The position numbers were made by a program, and so were the translations under genes. This document shows, piece after piece, positions 61,421 to 64,000 of a stretch of 64,000 bases of DNA; position 1 is the first letter of the stretch, and every line of letters begins with the position of its first letter. The stretch is from Ranitomeya imitator (Eukaryota). The notes below the pieces were generated by a model. That model made no database searches, was not told the origin of the DNA, and worked only from the letters and a program-made list of their open reading frames with translations. The stretch lies in the NCBI RefSeq assembly GCF_032444005.1, contig NC_091287.1:82026001-82090000 (forward strand). Reading direction: 5' to 3'.

Positions 61421-63704
61421 CAAATCCAGAGGGGTAATGTGACTGCCACAGAGATACCGCAAGTCCAGGATGAAAGCAACTGCAGGAGAAAAAGTCAACT
61501 ACATGGAGGATATGATAAAGCAACTGGTGCAATCTAATCTCTGGCAGCAACAGCTATGGCAGCAGCAGTGATGACTTACAAAAGATGACCCCGGGTGATG
61601 ATATTGAGGCCTTTCTGACGGTTTTGGAAAAAACGGTCTGTGGTGGTTTTAATTGCAGCAAGATCTTAACTACCAATAAATTTAGTCTTTAAGCTTAGAG
61701 AGGTGTTCACAAAACTGGAGATCACCTTGTTGTTGGCTGCTGGGCATGAATGAATTGGCCAAATTATGTGTTAAGTATCTAAATTTTTTCTTATTATCTA
61801 GAGCAGTATATTTCATATTTACATGCTTTAGCACTACAGAGTGCATCTTTATTTGCTTGTTGTGTATAGAGATGGCTAATCTTAGTTCGCACCTGGTCAT
61901 ACCAGTTTCCTGATTTGGAAGTGCCTGTAAGTCTTTTGTTATTTGCATATTAGCTCTGTGACTGAGCACTCCACCCTCCAGCCGATGGCAATTTTAATTG
62001 CAACATGATCCTACCTACCCAAAATCTGTTCACACCAGTTTCCTAGTTTCCTGATTTGGAAGTGTCAGTCAGTCTTTTGTTTTTGAAAAGAAAGCAGAAT
62101 GGGAGAAATTACCTCTGGAGCATTGGGTGGAAGTTCTGGCCCCATATTTAACAGGGGAGCCACAGAAGGCCTATTATGACCTGGCTTTGCAGGGCGCAAA
62201 AGAGTACGCCATGTTGAAAACTGAGATCTTGGCGCACTTAGTAGTGACTCTGATTGTCAGGGAACAACGGGTGCACTACCGGGCCTATTGCAATGACAAA
62301 CCTTGCCGATCCCAAATGCTCAACCTCCTACACCTGGTCCAAATGTCGTTGAAGCCTGAATCTTCCTCCCCAGCATAGATGGTGGGGAAGGTTATCATGG
62401 ACAGGATCATACACTCCCTTCCAAAACCTGTGCAGTTCTGAGTTGCCCAGAGATATCCCCATAATGCCAATGACCTGATGCGCCTGGTGAAAAAGTACTA
62501 GACGGTTGAGAGTTCCTTGGGGAAGCAAGGGGTCTTAGCATCTCCATACTGGGGTTCCCAAAGGGAAACTAGTGCTACATCTGGGGGGTGTCTAAGAGCC
62601 CCAGAGCTGTCTGAGATATCGCCAAAGGCCCCATCTAATAATGTAATTTGCTGGAGGTATCATACCCCTGGTCATGTCCACCAGAGGGCATCAGTATATT
62701 GTGATGGTACTGTACTATGCTACTCAATATCTGGAGGCAATATCACTACAAAACTCGTAGTTGGTCCATATCTTTTCCAGAATAGGGTTGCCTAAAGACC
62801 AAGGGACTCCATTTATGTCAAAAGTGATGAGGGAGTTGTGCAAAACCCTGCAAATCACATGACTGAGAACCTCAGTCTACCATCCACAGATTTACAGTTT
62901 GGTGGAAAGGTTTAATAAAACCTTGAAGGTGTTGTTGAAGAAGGTCATAGAGAAGGATGGCCAAGACTCAGACTGTCTACTGCCGTTCCTTTTGTTCTCC
63001 ATCAGGGAAGTCCCACAGGCCTTTCCCCCTTTTGAACACTTCTATGGCAGACACCCCATGGAAGCCTGGATGTATCAAAGAAGATCTGGGAGGCGAAGTC
63101 TACACCCTACATAAATATATTTGAACATGTCACCCAGATGCAAGAGAGAATTGCCTAGGTAATGCCCATTGTGAAAGAACACCTCCTCAAAGCACAAGAG
63201 ACACAGTCGAGGGTGTACAATAGATCGGCGAGAGTAAGACACCTTAACCCTGGGTGGTAGGACCCAGGTAGGTAGGACCCAGGTGGTAGGACCCCAATGA
63301 AATAGTTGACAAGGTTGGTGACATCAACTATAAAGTACACCAATGAGGAAGAAGGAAACCCTACCTGGTGTACCACGTCAGCCTGATTATGCCGTTGCAA
63401 GATAGGGAGCATGTGGAAGCTCCTTTTTTGGTGGCTAAGTCTGAAGCCGATGTAAGAGAGATCAAAGTGGCAGAGTCACTGTCACGTCCCCAAAAGCAGC
63501 AGTGGCGAGAGCTGCTACATCAGAACAGAGAGCTGTTCTCGGAGTTACCAGGTTGTACTCAGATCATAGATCTTGAGGTTCTCACGGAGCCTCATATTAG
63601 AATGAACTTGAAGAAATATCGAATTATGGAAGCCCACTGATCTAAAAAAATATGAAGCAGATGCTGAGTCTGGGACTCATTGAAGAGTATACTTATACAT
63701 ACTG

Positions 63705-63742
<38 letters not shown>

Positions 63743-64000
63743 CCAGTCCCCACACTAGGACCGGGTTTTTCAACTACCTATGCCTGGTTTTGCTAGAGGC
63801 CAGGACTTCCATTCATTCTGAGCTATTTATGTCTTCCGGGGGGATCCCACGATGCTTCTAATTACCATTTAGTACATTGAGGAAGGTCTTGATTACCGAA
63901 ACATTTGGTTATTGTATGTATTTACTCTCTTGGAGCACATTAAATTTCTACACCTCAACTATTATTTGTGTGCCAAGTTGTCTACATTACTTTGACAGAG

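Larger units (their letters stand above)
60590..63690 (+). pseudogene. Decayed, internally deleted Gmr1-like Gypsy (5' LTR ending 61400, gag, integrase, then RT start)
   Basis: LTR end CA followed by a PBS. Fragments LQKMTPGDDIEAF, LAPYLTGEPQKAYYDL and VERFNKTLK..LLFSIREVPQ precede ELFSELPG..YRI..MLSLGLIEE. The left LTR boundary is approximate. Confidence 0.75.

Overview
This is eukaryotic DNA (spliced genes, TTAGGG-type repeats). The repeat families suggest a vertebrate, probably a frog, but that is an inference. The window is almost entirely transposable elements, and I could not support any host protein-coding gene. In order: (1) the right ~10.5 kb of a large hAT transposon with an intact 1190-aa transposase and extensive internal tandem arrays; (2) a ~7.6-kb PIF/Harbinger element, for which I reconstructed both convergent spliced genes (an intact 4-exon DDE transposase and a MADF-BESS partner with one homopolymer frameshift), with a BamHI-punctuated telomere-like array and several hairpins in its introns; (3) MITEs, a solo Gypsy LTR and a decayed Tc1; (4) a 147-bp insertion carrying a hammerhead-ribozyme-like core with a covariant A3-U8 pair; (5) a young full-length chromodomain Gypsy (Tf1/sushi type) with an apparent self-priming PBS, inserted in a 30-bp minisatellite; (6) L2 and CR1 LINEs; (7) a decayed Helitron with nested insertions; (8) a decayed Gmr1-like Gypsy (integrase before RT) with a tRNA-Ala PBS. 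Coordinates were counted by hand and may be off by a few bases. No database searches were run.
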